A stretch of DNA of 55,408 nt, the filler included, from Jimgerdemannia flammicorona (Eukaryota): the NCBI GenBank assembly GCA_003990765.1. It is 2 parts of 2 records of this genome, joined end to end, with 100 filler letters (N's around TTAATTAATTAA, not from the genome) between each part and the next. Parts side by side here need not be neighbours in the genome. Positions count along the whole stretch, not along the records: positions 27,759 to 55,408 come from RBNJ01000615.1; 1 more part is not named here. The stretch is one strand, 5' to 3'. A model generated the notes under the pieces. It was not told the origin of the DNA. It ran no database searches and worked only from the letters and a program-made list of their open reading frames with translations. Shown in pieces: positions 38,166 to 50,872 of the stretch. Positions within the stretch are counted from its first letter, which is position 1. The number at the start of each line of letters is the position of its first letter. The position numbers and the translations under genes are program-made.

Positions 38166-39274
38166 CACACCTGTGCTTATCAGATATATCTAAGCTCAGT
38201 AGATATATCTGGTTATCTCTCTTTTCAAAATAGTATTACTGTGCATTATAAAGTCTGAGATTTGTTATCCAGTTTAAGTAAAGAACTTTACCACTATTTA
38301 AGAAGTCCATCTGTATTTCCAACTAGTGCTCCCAAACGAGTCAAATCAATTCAAATCAAATCAAAAGTTGAATAAAATTGAGGGTCTGATTCGAACCCTA
38401 AATTTCAAATGCAATAACTCAGCATAAACACATCCAAATCTAACGTACTTTAGCTTGTTAGAATCACATTAATATGGTGAATCTAACAAGCTAAAATATG
38501 TTAAATTTAGATGAGTTTATGTCGAGTTATTACATTTTGAAAATTAAGGTTTGAATCAAACTTTGAATTGAATTGGACCTTTGATTCGATCAAATTGAAT
38601 CAAGTTTGGGTCAAATTCAATTCGATTCGATTTGTTGGGAGTACTATTTCCAACACAAAGTCAGTCTAGTATAAGATATACCTTTATAGTGAATATCTAT
38701 TCACATAACTGATGTAGTCTTATATAACTTTGTTCAAAAATCTGTACTATCTAAGTTATCCCAGAAGTCTACTAGTTTAAGAAAAATTTATATTATCAGA
38801 TATTTTTCAAGTAATTTGCTAATTCAGGAAGAATCTGTATCCTCTGAATAGTTAGTCAAATTGTCAGCTCACTGTCTATTAAGGAATACCATTAAGATCA
38901 ATAGATCATAATGCAGAAATTATATAAGGAAACTGCTATATAGAGATCATCATACCAAAATTCCATATATGAGAAACTACTCATATTATATAGAAATTAT
39001 CATTATCTCTTTTAATAAGAAGACTTCAAATTACTCACATTATGTAAAAACTCCAAGAATACAATTTAATTAAGAATTTGTTGAAATAATCCATTATATA
39101 AACAAAAAGAACTTACTTAAGAATCTAGTAATATCTTTATATCACTAAATACAAACAAAGATATTAGAAATCATTGAACATTTTTTTGCTTATAAAAAAG
39201 TAACTGGGGGCTCAAGCCAATCTACATAGTAGTCTCAATCTTATAATTTACCTTTATTGAGCTGATATATTACA
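38166..39274 (+). repeat. Degenerate partial LTR related to the dUTPase-Gypsy family (a further LTR-end-like fragment follows to ~39682)
   Basis: Ends AAAGTAACTGGGGGCTCAAGCCAATCTACA...ATTGAGCTGATATATTACA like 7954-8030; shares AGATCATAATGCAGAAATTATATAAGGAAACTGCTA. Confidence 0.7.
38324..38646. mobile_element. hAT-type MITE (323 bp), least mutated copy
   Basis: TIRs TAGTGCTCCCAA...TTGGGAGTACTA, perfect 8-bp TSD TTTCCAAC (38316-38323, 38647-38654) and a long central palindrome. Confidence 0.9.
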
Positions 39275-40250
39275 ATATGTATATAAAATATCTCAGAGTT
39301 ATAAATAAATAAACTTTAGTTTAAAATCTATATTAAAAGTAAAAGATATATCTTTCTATAATATATTTTAAGGGATATATCTGCTCAAAAGACACTTTAT
39401 CAAAGAAAAGATATATAATATTTAAGAGAAATACTTAACTTAAAAGTTACTATTAAGAAAATTATAAGTTTTTACTCTAGTCTTCTTGCTAAAACTAAAT
39501 CAAGTTCATTTTAAAATTCTTTACATTTGGTCTACTTATCAGATTAAGTCCAAAGATTTGCTACCAGGTTCTAAAGAAAGAACTTTATCTACTTAAGATA
39601 ATTTCAAAGATTTGCCAATATAATCTATTATATATTATGTTACTTTTGATAAAGTAACTGAGAGCTCAAGCCAATCTACATTGCTGTCATTGTTTCTTTC
39701 ACTGCCATCCTGATTTTACTATGTGTCGTTTATTATTAATATTGTTGTAGGCAATGAAAATGGAAAATCTATAGAAGAAAGGGGGTTCGGTGTCCCAATG
39801 AAAATATGGCAAGGCTAGATACAGTTAGGAATTGCAACCACAACTCAAAATAAATAAATAAAAGAAACAATCAGGAATTTAGATGACATTCGTTGTTGTA
39901 ATATCAGTTATGATTGACATTCCTTGGCGTGTTTCGTCTCCCCGATTTAAAGCATAACTTTGTTTTTAATTGTGATTCACCACTTTGTTGTCACGTGTCT
40001 CTACCAAATGTATATGAAGGACAAGCTACATACTCCTCTGACAATCTGGCGCATAGATATTGTAGAATAGTTTATTTAATATGTGCATATGTTACCACAT
40101 AATCGTGAGAGCCTGTACCTTATGGTCGCTCACTCTTCTCACTTACTTGTGGCGACTCGGCTTCTATAGTATCGTGATAACTTACATGTGTATGGCGGAG
40201 AAATAATAAGCCACATACTCACGTGAATTGGTAATAAAAAATACCAAAAA

Positions 40251-40339
40251 TGCTAGCGGTCGGGCTTTGAACCCTGCACCAGTTAGACCAGCCACCCAAT
40301 TTAGGATTGCTCGAAGCGTAACCGATGCACTACACTAGC
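40251..40339 (-). pseudogene. tRNA-like sequence (pseudo-tRNA or SINE head)
   Basis: 7-bp acceptor stem GCTAGTG/CGCTAGC+A, A-box-like TAGTGCATCGG, B-box-like GGTTCAAAGCC and a TTTTT terminator. No canonical anticodon arm and an imperfect T stem. Confidence 0.45.
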
Positions 40340-41109
40340 TTATATGCATATTTACAAAAATTCCGTTATGTAGGATCAAATTCCATCACGTGATTTGAAG
40401 AGGATTCGCACACGTAATATTTCTGGTTGGTTGTCCGTATTTCTCAATAATCATAAGTTCAGTCGTGGCTTTGAAAACCCTTCCGTCTTGTGTTCCACTC
40501 CACCATTCTGCCTTCCATCTTCCTTATGTGGCCCATCACCGTCCTCAGTCGTTTATCGTCCCTTTACTACTCACCATTCCACGACGACTAACCATCCTCA
40601 ACGGGATCTGAAGGTACAGATTGGTTAAAACCTCCCTCTCCCTAGTTATCTATCATAATTCTTATTATCACCTACACTGCGCATGGTACCAACGGATAGA
40701 GGTATCCGAAGACTTAGAGCAATATGTAGGACCGATGAGCTCCGGTTTCGCCCTCCGGAAGTTCGAAAGCTCTATTAGGCTTCACTGCTGGATCATCGAG
40801 TAAACTGTTTAAATGGAGCTCGAGCCTCAAGTTCTGGGTTGCCCTTGCCGCCATCACCTCCTCTGATCACCTACGTCCACTGCCGTACTCGCCGGGATCA
40901 AAGAAAAGGTTCCGCTTGTGAAAGGAGAGAAGCATTCCTTCTGCCGAGAGAGCCGCAAAAATCGATTCCACATCCGTGTCAATGATGGTGTTGCCTAATA
41001 TCTAGGACACATCGTTCGCAAGCCTCCCTCGGACCCTCTTCAGCTCAGGCACCTTTTTCTTCTCAACCGCGCCACCGAACCCTCCTTTTACCACCGGAAC
41101 TTGGCTCTC

Positions 41110-41600
41110 TTCAGTTCAAGTTCACACTCCTTATCACCGGCATACCCAGGCCTATTTCTGCTCCTTCTCGGCCGCGGCCACGGGCCTTCTTCACGTTCCC
41201 TCTCACCCACGCCCCCAGGTCCTCTTCACGCTGCTTCTCACCCGCGCACTTGGGGCGTTTCACGCTCCATCTCACCGGCATATTCGTGTCCAATTTACGC
41301 TCTTTATCATCCGTGGCCCGGGCCTTCTTCACTCTCCTTCTCATACGCACCCCGGGGCACAATCTCACCCGCGCCTCCAGACCCGCTTCGCGCTCCTCAC
41401 TCTCACCCCCCTCATTAGCGCCCCGGCTCCCTATTCAAGTGCCTTACACGTTCTTCACCTCATCCTCCTTCTACCGCCCTCTTCACGTTCCTTCACACCC
41501 ACAATCCTAGACCCTTTTCGTGATTTTTCAACACCCGTCCCCGGGCACTTTTGACACTCCTTCTGGCCCCCGCCCCCTGGCCTTCTTCAGCCCTCACCTG
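41110..41600. repeat. Degenerate GC-rich minisatellite, ~34-35-bp unit
   Basis: Minus-strand units such as GTGAAGAAGGCCCGTGGCCGCGGCCGAGAAGGAGC, GTGAAGAGGACCTGGGGGCGTGGGTGAGAGGGAAC and GTGAAACGCCCCAAGTGCGCGGGTGAGAAGCAGC. Confidence 0.7.
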
Positions 41601-41619
41601 CGCCGAGATCGTAAGCCAT

Positions 41620-44600
41620 TAAGCACAGTCTCACACTTATGCCAGTTGAGCTTAGCCCTGGAGTACTCCTCATACCAATCCATAGCAGCCCACAGTTCAC
41701 CAACATCACTAACAGATCTAAGGCCAACCACTATATTATCAGCAAAGGCCCCCAACCTTCCAGACAACCCCTAAGACTGGAAGTCCTGACACCTTGCAGT
41801 GAATCCTATCTATCAATAGCTCTAATAACAAAGCATACAGAATAGAGGACAGTGGATCTCTCTGGGGGACCCCTCTCTCTAACAAAAATGAAACACCACA
41901 ATAGTCATTATACAAGATAGTAGTCTGGCTATTCTCTAACAAACTGATTATTAATAGTTAGAATAAGTGAGGGACATCAATCCTCTCTAACACCTTTCTC
42001 AGTCAGATATACTGTATATAATTATAGGTCTTTTTTTAATTTAAGAAGACCAATCTTCTATTTAGTTTACTAGCTTAGCTTTCTCAATCACTCTATGAAT
42101 CTCTAATCAGTCTACTACTAACAAATCTCCTCTACTTAACTCCTAATATCTGTTGAGTCACCTTCTGTAATCTTACAATAATTATCTTTATAACTAACTT
42201 CCTGTTTATATATAAGAGTATAATCAGACTTTAGTTTTTTCAATTCTCTCTCTTGTCCTTCTTTATATATATATATAGTAATACTATTAGTCTGAGATTC
42301 CAATCTCTAACTTACTTCCCAGACTTAAGAACTAAGTTATAAAGTACTATCATCATCACTAAGATCTTCAGAACTTTTATCATTTTCTTTCAGAAATCTC
42401 AAAGTAAGCTATCTTCTTCAGGAGCTGTGCTCTGTTTCTTAGTTAATAAGACATCTAAAATTTCAGTCTCCTGAATTGGCAAAATTAAGTCTCCAAGATC
42501 ATCAATCTGGAGAGAGTACTAATTCTCCAGAGAGTACTCAATTGTCTTCTTATTAGAACTATCTTTCTTCTTACTCTATAGTCTATTCTATCTACTCTTC
42601 AAAGAATATAATATTCTCTATATCTTATTTATCAGTATATCTTCCTCATCTAATACTCCATTCTACTACTACATATCTCGCCCTCATTGCTTAAAGAAGC
42701 CTAGACAGATATTTGGTAGACTCCTCACTTTTCTCAAGCTTCTATCACTATAGCTGAATTATTATATTCTATATATATTTCTTTTCTTTCTCTCTCAATA
42801 CTCTCTTCAACTCTTCTACTTTTAGCTATACTTATTCTAGTCTCTAATTTTTTACATTCTTTTACTCTAATATCTAAGCCCACTTTATCTATAATATCTC
42901 TATTCTGTAAAAGACCCACCTTATCTACTATCTTCAGTGAGTCCCTTTAGACTACTTTAATATAATTTGGTAGCCTTCTTCAACTTCATCCAATAGACCT
43001 CCACTAGAGATCCCATGCTTTTCCAGTGAGCAATCTTTATCCCAATATCCTCTACTCAAGTATTTCACAACCCCTTCTCCTCTAACAAGAAGAAATTAAG
43101 ATACTAATATCCAGACTTATCTCCACTTCTCTCAAACTAGCCATATCTCAATAGCTCTCAATAATCTGACTATAGAAACCACTCTATCTCTAATAACTTC
43201 CAGATATCTATCTCTCAATAGTTAGTAGTTAGCATTCAATCAATTCTTATTCTAAGTCTATTTATCCAGTGAGTATAACTCCTCTAGTCACCCTATACCA
43301 TCCTGCCAGTATTTACTAATAAACTTAACTAAATATCTAGACTACTATATATTACAGCTTATAGTATATCTCCCTTTATTAGTTTAATCTAATAATCTAT
43401 TCTATACTATGTTAAAGTTCCAATCTAGTACATTTATACTAGCTTCAGCAAGTGTACTATACTTCTATTACTCTACTTAGTTACTTCTAATAACTAGATG
43501 ATAATAAGAGCTAACTACTACTAACTCTCACTCTAGTCTTTACCACTCTCTCTAAACTAAGTAGTCTCTCTATCTTCCAACCTCATATAGTTTCTCTTTG
43601 CTACTCTGCATCAGAATTCTTACCTTACTCCTTCAAACTACTATACTACTCCATTTTTCATCTACTCCTGCTTATCTAAATTATCCTTATAATATATATC
43701 TTATACTATAGTAGAAAGATATCTACCTCCAAACTCTTTAGCTAAGTAAAAATATTCTGATGACTCACAGAGTCCCTCAGACTATTTATATTTAGTAAGA
43801 AAATATTATTAATATTATTTATAGAAAATTATTATTATATTATAATCTTATCTCACTCATAGTTCTATACTTATCTTCTTTTAAGAAAAATCCAAACTAT
43901 GTTCCCTTCTCCTTAACCTTCTTAGTATTCAATTCAGCCAGTATCTCAGTAATGACTTCATTATCCTTAGCCTCTATCTTCTTCTAATACTCTTTATACA
44001 TATATTGTCTACCAGAGCTATACTCTATACTTCTGCCTCTACCAAAAGACAATATGCTCTCTAGTAGTTACTGCTAATTCAGCCTCTTTTGTAGTATTTA
44101 CCTCATAATCTTCCTCCTCTAAAAATACTATCAAAATCTCTACTTGACCACCCTATCTCTCCTCAATACTCTCACCTAATACTCCTTACTAACAATATAC
44201 AAATCCACCTCTCTCAGCTCCTCTGTAGTATTATTGTAATTATCTATCATAAATCACCAGAATGTTTTTCATCTAGAGTTATAGGCCTTCTCTTATCAGT
44301 GGTATAGCATTAGCACTCATACTTGTAGACTTATCCCACTTCTTCTCAGAAATGATATACAGTATATTCTTCTCTACTCTAACTATCTGCTCTTTCTTAG
44401 CTATATCTGATACTCTGAAATAGATTCTATATATATCCCTCATCTTTATATTTTCTCCAATCCTCCTTTTCTAAGCTTTGGTCTTCACTATATACTCTTT
44501 CTCCTCCTTCTTTCAGACTTTAAGTATACCATTATCATAGAGCCTCTGACTCTTTTTCTCTCAGCTCTCTGCCATATCCTCCTCTTTCTTTCCTATTTGA

Positions 44601-46000
44601 TCTTCTGTTTAAACACTTATAATTACTTCTTCTGAATCCTCTCTAGCTCTATTTAATAACCTCTTCTTTATATCTACCATTAGATCTCTCTGTTTCTTTC
44701 TCTCTTGAGCCCTCTCTCATATTATCTTATCTACTCAGATCTATTTATCATTGACTACTTCCAGATATATTAATATCTCATAATACTGTCATACTACTGT
44801 ATAATACTCTACTACTATACTGAGATCCTCCAGAGTCTCCAGTAAATCCTCCTCATCTTTCTTACTTCCTTTTACCTTTATTATCTTGTAAATAAAAACA
44901 CCTCACATTAGTACTGAAGACCAGTCCCTAGCCTTCACAGTGGCCTTCTTCTCAGTAAGCTAGAGCTAGATATTTATATTCTCTACCCTAAATGAGATCT
45001 CCTAGATCTAAAATTCAATATCTACTAGTACTTAGAATAAATCAAATTTAATCAATTTAAATTAAGGCTCAATTTGATTTAATTTAAATCAAATTGAGGT
45101 TCAATTCAATTTAAAGTCCAATTCAAATCTAATTTTTCAAAATTCAATAACTTGACCAAAACATATCCAATTTTAATAAATTTTAGCTTGTTCAATATAC
45201 TTTATAATAGAGAATCTAGTATAATAAAGAATATTAAATTTAGATATATTTACATTGAGTTATTATATTTTGAATTTGGAATAAATATTTTAAATTGAAT
45301 TGGACCCCAATTTGATTTGAATTTAAAAATCCCCCAATTTGATTTAATTTGAATAACTTTCAATTCAATTTAATTTGAATTGATTCTATTTGTTTGAGAG
45401 TACTAATATCTACTATCTCACCTTATTCTCTCATAACCTCCTCCATACTCCTCCTCATCTCAACAACTGTCATCATAGATATTCCTTTTATCTAGAGCTG
45501 AACTATTCTCAGATCCCTCCTCAAATACTGAGCCATTGGTACTATTACTTCACTAACAGACAGCCAAGTCTTCATAGTCTCTACTAATAGTCTCTTTCCC
45601 TTAAACTCCACTTCAACTCCCTCTAGTCCATATAGGAACTTCACCAAGACAGCTCTTATCAACTTATTTGTAATTAGATTCAAGACCATCTTAGCCATCA
45701 CTACTAGTCCTCAGAAGTACAAAGTAACTATAAATTTTGAGATTGACTTCTTAAGTAGTGATATCACTATCAGATCTATTATACTATCTATTAGATTATT
45801 TTTCTCTATATACTCTACTCTCTCAGTCTTACCATCAATAGTTATATCTGGATTTTTTTCTAGATCTACTCTAACCCTACCATCAGCTATCATACCCCTG
45901 CTCTCAGTAATAGCCCTACCAGCTCCTATGTCTGCTTTACCAGACATTGATCTTCTAGTTCTCCCAGTACTTAACTTTTTCTTCTCTTCTAACTTGCTGT
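41620..46000 (-). mobile_element. Heavily mutated LINE (ORF1, EN, RT), 3'-truncated
   Basis: ERGVPQRDPLSSILYAL (41739..41942) and ORF1 SLLKKSISKFIVTLYF and VLVKFLYGLEGVEVEF; collinear with 22280-26255. Confidence 0.88.
45026..45405. mobile_element. hAT-type MITE (380 bp) inserted in LINE ORF1
   Basis: Termini TAGTACT...GAGAGTACTA, perfect 8-bp TSD ATATCTAC (45018-45025, 45406-45413) and the same palindromic core. Confidence 0.85.
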
Positions 46001-46039
46001 CAACAGCCAGTATTAGTGAGACTTAGAACTGAGCTAAAC

Positions 46040-46745
46040 TATAGTATTGGAGTGCTGAGCTTTCTCTGAAGTTCTGAGTAGTATAGTGGTATCTTCAGAA
46101 GAAATGTCATATTGAACTTTCAGTCAGATCACTTAGTAGATAGTAGAAGTTTTAAGTATAAAGAATGTTTTAATATAGGGCAGAAGAGAGGAGTAGTACA
46201 GATACTTAAATATTGATTAGATAAGTATAAGATTCTTGGTAACTTCTAAGAGAGAGTTGGAGACTATCTGGGAATATAGCAGTGATAAAGATAGATGAGA
46301 TAACTTGAGAGAGTAGTTGATAGGGTGTATTGATAATAAGTAACTTACTGTTGGATGGATATTAGTAATATAGGTGAGGCTAGCTAGATATTAGATATAT
46401 ATATTTGAGAATAAAAGATAGATGGTCTTAGGGGAAAAGGTGACAAGGTGAAAGGAGCTGATAATAGATATTCTGTCTAGCTGGTAGCAGGAATGGGGCC
46501 CATGGGGTAATTGCTATCAGTATCTGATAGAAGGAATATATGAGAGAAGTAGTGAGTAAATTACTATAGTTAATAGTATAGTTATTTTTGAGAGAATAAA
46601 GATGAGAGAGAGAGAGTATATTGGGATAAAATAGGGTAGAGGGATTGGATTGGAGCTATCAGTATAATATGAGAACTGTGGATTTGTTATAGAATAGTTA
46701 ATAAAAAAAAAAAGTGCAAAAAAAAAAAAAAAAAAAAAAAAAAAA
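46040..46745 (+). mobile_element. LINE 3' terminal fragment with poly(A)
   Basis: Collinear with 27060-27658 and 16510-17220; AATAAA near 46700 runs into an A tract ending at 46745. Confidence 0.8.
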
Positions 46746-46749
46746 CAGT

Positions 46750-47330
46750 ATCAGTAATATAAAAAGTTACTGATACTATACAAGATATTATCCAGCAAGT
46801 ACATGATACTATTATAGAAATATATATAAAGAACATAAGTAGTATATATTGATAAAAATAGAAGAGAAGTTATGTATAAAAAAGGTAAATAGATATTACT
46901 CAATATATGATACCTAATCTTAAAAAAATACAGAATTAAAGAAAAAACTTAAACTCTACTATATTAGACTATTTAAGATCTTGGAAAAGTATAGTCCTAT
47001 TATATATAAGTTAGATCTCCTAGCAACTCTAAGAAAAATCCACCCAGTATTTCATATATCTCAACTCTAGCTATATACTAAAAACATCTTTGAAGAAAGA
47101 ACAATATCACTCTCAAATCTGATTATCATTAACTAAAAACTAGAATATGAAGTTAATTACATTTTAGATCACAAGAACTACAAATTTTGATAAGCTACAA
47201 GCCCACCTAGTACTACTTTATAAAATGGAAAGGATATTCTAAGTATGATACTATATATCTGAAAAAAAAAAAAAAAGATAACCTTTTTCCAAATATAGAA
47301 AAAGTAGTAACCTAATATAAATATCTAGTA
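46750..47330 (+). pseudogene. Chromovirus-type Gypsy integrase C-terminus + chromodomain relic (different family)
   Basis: FKILEKYSPIIYKLDLLATLRKIHPVFHISQL (GPY/F region), then EYEVNYILDH...YFIKWKGY (chromodomain). Confidence 0.8.
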
Positions 47331-49200
47331 TAATGGAAATTTCAATAGAATTTCTAAAAGATAGTCATATCTATAAATATCTCTGATGAAGAAAGTATAA
47401 ATAATCCAAATAATCCTATATAAATAATCTATTACAATATAAGTATCCAGTAAAGACATTAAGAATAAACCAAGAATAATATCACTACAACTATCCTTAT
47501 AGCTATTAAATACTAATAGAATTCTACTAACTACTCTTTATTAATATATAAATATCTAAAGACTCAGATCTAAATAAATCTAATAATATCTTAGAAGAAT
47601 TTAATATTTTTAGGCTTTCTAAATTAAAGGAGTACTATGAGATTGGATACCTCATTTATCAATAAACTACTCTCAGTAGTATAAAGTAATGAGCCTATTT
47701 TTTATTAATAACTATATCTATATTATTGCTAAGAGACTTTATATTCTTTTCTTTATTTGATTCTAAGTTCTCAATTATCTTTATAGAGTATCTTCTGAGA
47801 ATATTGCTAATTTGAGTAATGAATAATAGAGTGATATTATCTCTCAAGTAGTCTAGTATAATGTTCTTTAATTTGATGAGTATCTAGAGATTAGTACTGA
47901 ATTCAATGAGTAAGTTCAGATAAAGAAGAGAAGGATATAATAAATTATTATATATAAGCTACCAGAATTTTTAATAGAAATTCTGACAGAAATTTCTATA
48001 AAAATTCTTATTGAATTTCTAAATAATAGTTATAGATATCTTATATAGTATAGTTGTATATAGATTTATCCAATATATTATATTTAGTTATAGCTTCAAA
48101 TCTATATAAATACTCTTTATACTAAGTATATTATAACCTTAGCTCTACTTTTTCCAAACATGAGAATAAAGTAGTTCTTATTACAGAACTCTCAGATCTG
48201 ACTTATTAATAATTCAGAGTCTGATTAATTTAGAATATAAGTATAGTCTTTTTACTAGTATAAGAACTTAAAAGTAATACTTAGACTACTCTACTATAAT
48301 AGATAATTGAAACTTAGTACTTTTTCACAAGTACTCAGAACTTAGGACTGATAATTATTTCAATTATCTGTAATATATTAATTCTATCAGTATATAGTTT
48401 TAATATAATAGAGTTTACTTATAGTATATATTAGAAGTATATTTCTATAGCTACTTAGTACTCTTCAGAACTTATAATCTTTATTATAAAAGAGATTATA
48501 TATTACTAATGAATAATATAAAACTAATAGAATAGTATATAAGTTATATACTGATATATCAAGTTACCATCTTAATAAAATTTACTACTCTTGTTATTTT
48601 TGAGATCTTAACTATTATATATTCTTATATATAAGTATTTTTTTTTCTCTCTCTTTATTATTCTATATAACTGCTTTTAGTTTTATTCTCAAAACTCTAT
48701 TCTTATCTTCTGCTCTTCTCTCTACTAGTATAGACTTATCACTCTCTATTATATCTCTCTTATTACTCTTATCTTTACTCTTTTTTACTCTACTTCAGTA
48801 TACTCTTACTCTATTTTCTCTTCTTTACTTCACTTTCAGCTTCACCTTATCCTCCAGGATACTTTACTATAGCTTAGTATATTTCACTTCTGTTTTCTCT
48901 ACTTTACTATAGCTTACTATATTCTAAGTTTTTGAGGTCATATTTTCTTAGTTCAATATTTTTCATTTTTATTATTTATTATATTTTTTTCTCTTTCCTC
49001 TATTCTGATTAGCTATTATAGTAATCTTTAATTATAATATATCATCTCTTATGAGATAGTATAAATTTATATATATATAAGAATAGTATTCTCCTGTGTT
49101 AAATAAATAGTTACTGCATTTTAGTACTTATTCTTTTATTCATCCTTTTTACCTTATCTATCTCCATAACTTCCTTTTCAGCTCTCTTTTGTGGCAAGGG
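47330..49200. repeat. Extremely AT/TpA-rich decayed repeat DNA, family not identified
   Basis: Essentially no CpG, dense TA dinucleotides and the same texture as the identified relics; no recognisable motif. Confidence 0.5.
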
Positions 49201-50390
49201 TTTTGCCTCACTTTCTGGCCCCTCTGTACCTACTGTTAGAGGGCTTGGATATGGATGAGGGGGTTGGAGGCCAGGAGAGAAGTTCAATACTTTCTCGGGG
49301 TATCTGAGGAAGAAATATTACTCGAAGGAGTGTCATTGGGCGGATTGGAAGATACATAAGCCGGAGTGTGTCAAAGTGTGAGGAAATGTGCATAATGTGG
49401 CCTCGTCAGACAATACGAATCCCGTCAAAAAGATTGTAAAAAAAATAAAAAAAATAAAAAAAATAAATAAAAGGAGTGCATTCTCTAAAAGACCAATCCC
49501 AACAACAGTGGACGGCGGCTCGACCTTTTCAACTGACACGTCTCCAGCCGGTTAAATAACAGTCAGCCGTTTCAATCCATGTCGACAGGAGGGTCTAGTT
49601 GCATTCCTTAGAATGACGCACCCCGCAGGCTCGAATGTCATGGCTACAACCATGAAATGCAAGCAAGAGGCTTATCTCTTAAGTATTTCGGACAAGCGGA
49701 AGTAGTGCAGAGAGTGTGAGTAGGCAAAAAAAAGTTGAAAGGGGCGACTGAGAGTGTGAACAAGCAAAAAGTTGAAAGGCATTTGTTTCAGCGCAGGGCG
49801 AGCGCGGTGAAGTAGTTTCCTTGCCGTTCTAGCCAAACTGATATTTGCATGCCTTTAATAATGATTGTTTATTTTTGCGAAGGATTGGACATTGCTTGCA
49901 CTAACTTGTTGACAATAATTCACTGTTCTCCCCAATTCCCGTTTCCACTTCTACGGATTGATTGTATTTCAGTCCGTCTGTGGACACGCGTCACAAGTCG
50001 TAAACTTCCTCTGGCTCGGGCTCGGAGAGGGAGCGCCGTTCTCACGCCGGCAAGCACCAAACTGGCAGGCGCCCGTTTGCGGAATGCCGTACCGACCGTT
50101 GAAGTTGAGCTTGGTCGGGGTTAATCTCCCCGTTGATGATCCATTCTATATTGAGGGAAACTCGCGTGTTTATGGTTGAACCTCATACTCAATAGGAAAA
50201 AAATTGTCCACGGACACAGCTTTGACCCCCTTGTTACTCTATTAAAGTACACACATATGTATAGTTATGATCCGGGTTGGGCCCATCTTCTCGGAATTGA
50301 CGCTTGCACACTGTAATAAGACTCACCAGGGGGAATGGCGTGGAACGGGAACGGTTGTGAGGTAAACCCTACGGGATATATATCGTAAAA

Positions 50391-50625
50391 TTCTGGTACC
50401 ATACATTGAGTACCTTTGAGTACCTGTGCTATACATTTATGTACATGTGTGCTCCAAGTATGTCATGTATATGACATGGTTTTATATAGGCGCGAGGAAG
50501 ATTATTGACAATGTTGCTTATCCCTCGGATCTACCGAAGATATCCTAGTTGTCTGGGAGATTGACTAGTCAGATTCTCTATAAAATATAGAAATGAGATC
50601 AAGAGTATTATATATGGTACCAGAA
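50391..50625. repeat. Small inverted-repeat-bounded segment (possible MITE)
   Basis: TTCTGGTACCATACAT (50391-50406) and ATATATGGTACCAGAA (50610-50625) are 15/16 reverse-complementary; no TSD seen. Confidence 0.35.
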
Positions 50626-50832
50626 GGACTTATTTCAGATTCTCAAATTAATTCCTCTTTGTTTCATATATAATATATTTCTTGTCTCATAAATAGCTGA
50701 CAATATACTCCAATAATAGAACTATATTCCTCTCTGAAAATTTGAATTAACTTCATAGTTCAATTTTGCTATATGGAATCTTAGAGTTGTATATGTATGA
50801 TAATGCCTTGCCTCTGATATCACATTTTTACA

Positions 50833-50872
<40 letters not shown>

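Noticed and set aside
40680..41020. Possible minus-strand coding fragment (GNTIIDTDVESIFAALSAEG...)
   Set aside because: It is interrupted by stops and has no recognisable motif or splice structure.
41110..41600. CRISPR-like array
   Set aside because: The units are contiguous and diverged with no repeat-spacer alternation; the context is eukaryotic with no cas genes.
41620..46745. Twin-priming 5'-inverted LINE (minus body joined head-to-head to a plus 3' end)
   Set aside because: The geometry fits, but no TSD links 41600-41619 to 46746 onward, the flanks are unrelated and ~800 bp of element is missing. Two separate events explain it equally well.
50838..50870. Other long A/T tracts (also 29559-29581, 47262-47276, 54160-54188) as retroposed tails
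   Set aside because: No flanking direct repeat could be identified.
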